Positions 61,961-64,000 of a DNA stretch of 64,000 bases are shown here, one piece after another (the first letter of the stretch is position 1; each line of letters begins with the position of its first letter). A program made the translations under genes and the position numbers. This DNA is from Candidatus Eiseniibacteriota bacterium (GTDB taxonomy: Bacteria > Eisenbacteria > RBG-16-71-46 > JABDJR01), in NCBI GenBank assembly GCA_963762255.1, contig CAVXKA010000001.1:608001-672000 (forward strand), given 5' to 3'. Under the pieces are notes generated by a model. The model was not told the DNA's origin and searched no databases. It worked only from the letters and a program-made list of their open reading frames with translations.

Positions 61961-62805
61961 GCCCGCTCCATCGACTCGAGGATCATCCGCCGCACGACAC
62001 GACCGAGCGCGTGAAGTCGATACTCCGCGGTCGAGCGCACGTCGTCGATGGGGTGGACCTCTCCCATCGCGGTCTCCGCCGCGCGCTCGGCGAGCACCTT
62101 GCCGGGGGCCTCGCCTTCGCACAACTTCTCCGTGACGCACAGGCGAACAGGAGTGGCGGCCAGGCTCCCCACCCCGAAACGGACGCGGCGGAAGCGGTCT
62201 CCTTGCAGGTGCGCGGCCATCGCCACCGAGACCTTGCTGATCGACTGCGCTTCGCGCGTGCCCACCTTGCGGAAGAACTGGATCGAGTCCTTGGCGGGAT
62301 CGGGGATACGCACCCAGCCGATGATCTCGTCGGGGGCGAGCGCGGTCTTGCGATAGCCGACGTGGAATTGATCGTAGGGAATCGCCCGCGTGCCGAGCGG
62401 CCCCACCATCACCACGGTCGCCTCAAGCGCGAGCAGAACCGGCAGCGAATCCCCCGCCGGGCTCGCGTTGGCCATGTTGCCGCCCACCGTGGCGCGGTTC
62501 TGGATTTGCCAGCCGCCGATCCGCGACGCCGCGTCCGCCAGCGCGGGGAGCGCCTCGGCGAGACCCGGCGCCTGACGGATTTCCGTGAACGTAGCGGCGG
62601 CTCCGAGGTGCCATTCGCCGTCGCGATGCTCGACGCCCCGTAGCTCGGCCACGCGCGTGAGATCCATGATCGCGGCCGGGGTCAGTCGTCCCTCCCCCGC
62701 GCCCACCATGAGATCGGTGCACCCGGCGAGCGGCTTCACGCCGGGGTTCTCCGCGAGCACCCGTACCGCCTCGTCGATCGTGCGTGGAGTGAACGCGCGG
62801 GTCAT
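61957..62805 (-). CDS. Xanthine dehydrogenase family FAD-binding subunit
   Basis: AGCTDLMV, QIQNRATVGGNMANASPAGD, PIDDVRST. Confidence 0.92.
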   Translation of the reverse strand: MTRAFTPRTIDEAVRVLAENPGVKPLAGCTDLMVGAGEGRLTPAAIMDLTRVAELRGVEHRDGEWHLGAAATFTEIRQAPGLAEALPALADAASRIGGWQIQNRATVGGNMANASPAGDSLPVLLALEATVVMVGPLGTRAIPYDQFHVGYRKTALAPDEIIGWVRIPDPAKDSIQFFRKVGTREAQSISKVSVAMAAHLQGDRFRRVRFGVGSLAATPVRLCVTEKLCEGEAPGKVLAERAAETAMGEVHPIDDVRSTAEYRLHALGRVVRRMILESMERA

Positions 62806-62833
62806 CGCGGCGCCCTCCCCGAGTGTTCGCGCG

Positions 62834-63289
62834 TCATCGCGGCGCCTCCTCGTCGAGCGCGCGCAGGATCGCCTCGTAGCCGGTGCAGCGGCAGAGATTC
62901 CCGGCCAGCGCGGTGCGGATCGACTCGCGGTCCAGCTTCCCCCGGCCCTTTCTCAGCCGCCACGCCGTGACGACAATGCCGGGGGTGCACGCGCCGCACT
63001 GGGTGCCCCCTTCTTCGACGAAGCGATCGAGGATCGCCTTCGCTTCGGGGTCGGCGGTCACTCCCTCGACGGTCTCCACGCTGCGACCCGCGCATTGCAC
63101 GAGTGGGACGAGACAGGAGAGAACGGGTTCACCGTCCAGGAGCACCGTGCACGCACCGCACTCGCCTTCGCCGCAACCCTCTTTGGTGCCGGTGAGCCGC
63201 TGCCCTTCGCGCAGCACGTCGAGGAGGCGCTCCATCGGCTCCCCCTCCACCGTCACCGGCCGGCCGTTCAGCGTGAACTCCACCTTCAC
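62834..63289 (-). CDS. Xanthine dehydrogenase family 2Fe-2S subunit
   Basis: GTKEGCGEGECGAC, QCGACTPG, GNLCRCTGY. Confidence 0.95.
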   Translation of the reverse strand: MKVEFTLNGRPVTVEGEPMERLLDVLREGQRLTGTKEGCGEGECGACTVLLDGEPVLSCLVPLVQCAGRSVETVEGVTADPEAKAILDRFVEEGGTQCGACTPGIVVTAWRLRKGRGKLDRESIRTALAGNLCRCTGYEAILRALDEEAPR

Positions 63290-64000
63290 CGCGTCCCCTC
63301 CTTTCCCGCGCCGCGCCCGGACCTACCGGTATGCCGCGCCTCATGGGCGACCGCGGCAACCGTTTGCCCCTTCGCAAGCCAGTCCAGCAACCGCTCCGGG
63401 GTCGCGGGCAGGTCGGTGGGGAAGATTCCGGTCGCGTTCTCGATCGCCTGAAGCACCGCCGGCGCGCCGCCGTCCATGGGCAGTTCTCCCACTCCCTTCG
63501 CGCCGGAGGGGCCCCCCTCCCACGGTCGCTCGAGGAGTTCGACGTCCATGCGAGGCGCGTCCTTGATCGTCGGGATGATGTAGGTGGCAAGGCGATCGTT
63601 GAGATAGCGTCCGTCCCGGACCTTGATCTCCTCGAGATAGCCGTAGGCCAACGCTTGCAGCGTGCCCCCTTCGATCTGACCGCGGCAGAGCTTGGTGTGG
63701 ATCACGCGCCCCACCTCGCAGACCACGGTGGCGTGAAGCGGCTTCACCTCGAACGTGTCGGGGTCGAGTTCCACATCCACGACGTCCACTCCCCAACCGT
63801 AGGTCGCGTAGGCCGACCCCTGATAGGTCTTCTCGTCGAAGACCTGCCATGCCGGCGGCTCGTGACGCACGGTGATTTCTATCGCCCCCTTCTCGCCCCG
63901 GCATTGCGCGGCCAGGTCGCGGAACGCGCCGAGCGATCCGTGCGTGCCGAACACCTCGCCGTCGTCGACGCGAAGATCGGCGCCGTGCCGCTCCTGCGCC
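63286..64000 (-). CDS. Xanthine dehydrogenase family Mo-binding subunit (3' part; 5' end outside window)
   Basis: GQIEGG, YIIPT, GAKGVGELP, AIENATG. Confidence 0.9.
   Translation of the reverse strand, partial: AQERHGADLRVDDGEVFGTHGSLGAFRDLAAQCRGEKGAIEITVRHEPPAWQVFDEKTYQGSAYATYGWGVDVVDVELDPDTFEVKPLHATVVCEVGRVIHTKLCRGQIEGGTLQALAYGYLEEIKVRDGRYLNDRLATYIIPTIKDAPRMDVELLERPWEGGPSGAKGVGELPMDGGAPAVLQAIENATGIFPTDLPATPERLLDWLAKGQTVAAVAHEARHTGRSGRGAGKEGTR

Overview
GC-rich bacterial window, probably from a long-read metagenome assembly: many genes carry single-base frameshifts, densest at ~4.6-11.6 kb. C-terminal WGxxKxx[YF] tails and an FlgD-Ig tail on secreted proteins, a kinase-PD40 protein and fused ccoNO suggest an Eisenbacteria/Krumholzibacteriota/Latescibacterota-like host (inference). 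(1) 1-11.6 kb is a defence-type island built around four pieces of one small tyrosine recombinase gene: two 5' fragments, one near-complete copy and one 3' fragment. Between them, on the opposite strand, lie a Ser/Thr kinase-Rcl/NDT N-glycosidase-XRE HTH fusion coupled to an ImmA/IrrE peptidase, and a HEPN (RxxxxH) protein. A candidate structured ncRNA follows the complete recombinase, then a type III res-mod pair. (2) 11.7-34 kb is accessory DNA: an SPT/AONS-like enzyme, a headless large serine recombinase, a giant Kelch-zincin surface protein, repeat-flanked oxidoreductase genes, a GT-C glycosyltransferase and a decayed RelBE-type module. (3) 34-64 kb is metabolic: corA, arcC plus two atypical carbamoyltransferases, an M2 peptidase, a cbb3 oxidase operon, a lipid head-group trio, two PLP enzymes and an ssnA/xanthine dehydrogenase cluster that suggests purine catabolism. 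No rRNA, tRNA or CRISPR array was seen. All family calls come from motif recognition by eye, not database searches.
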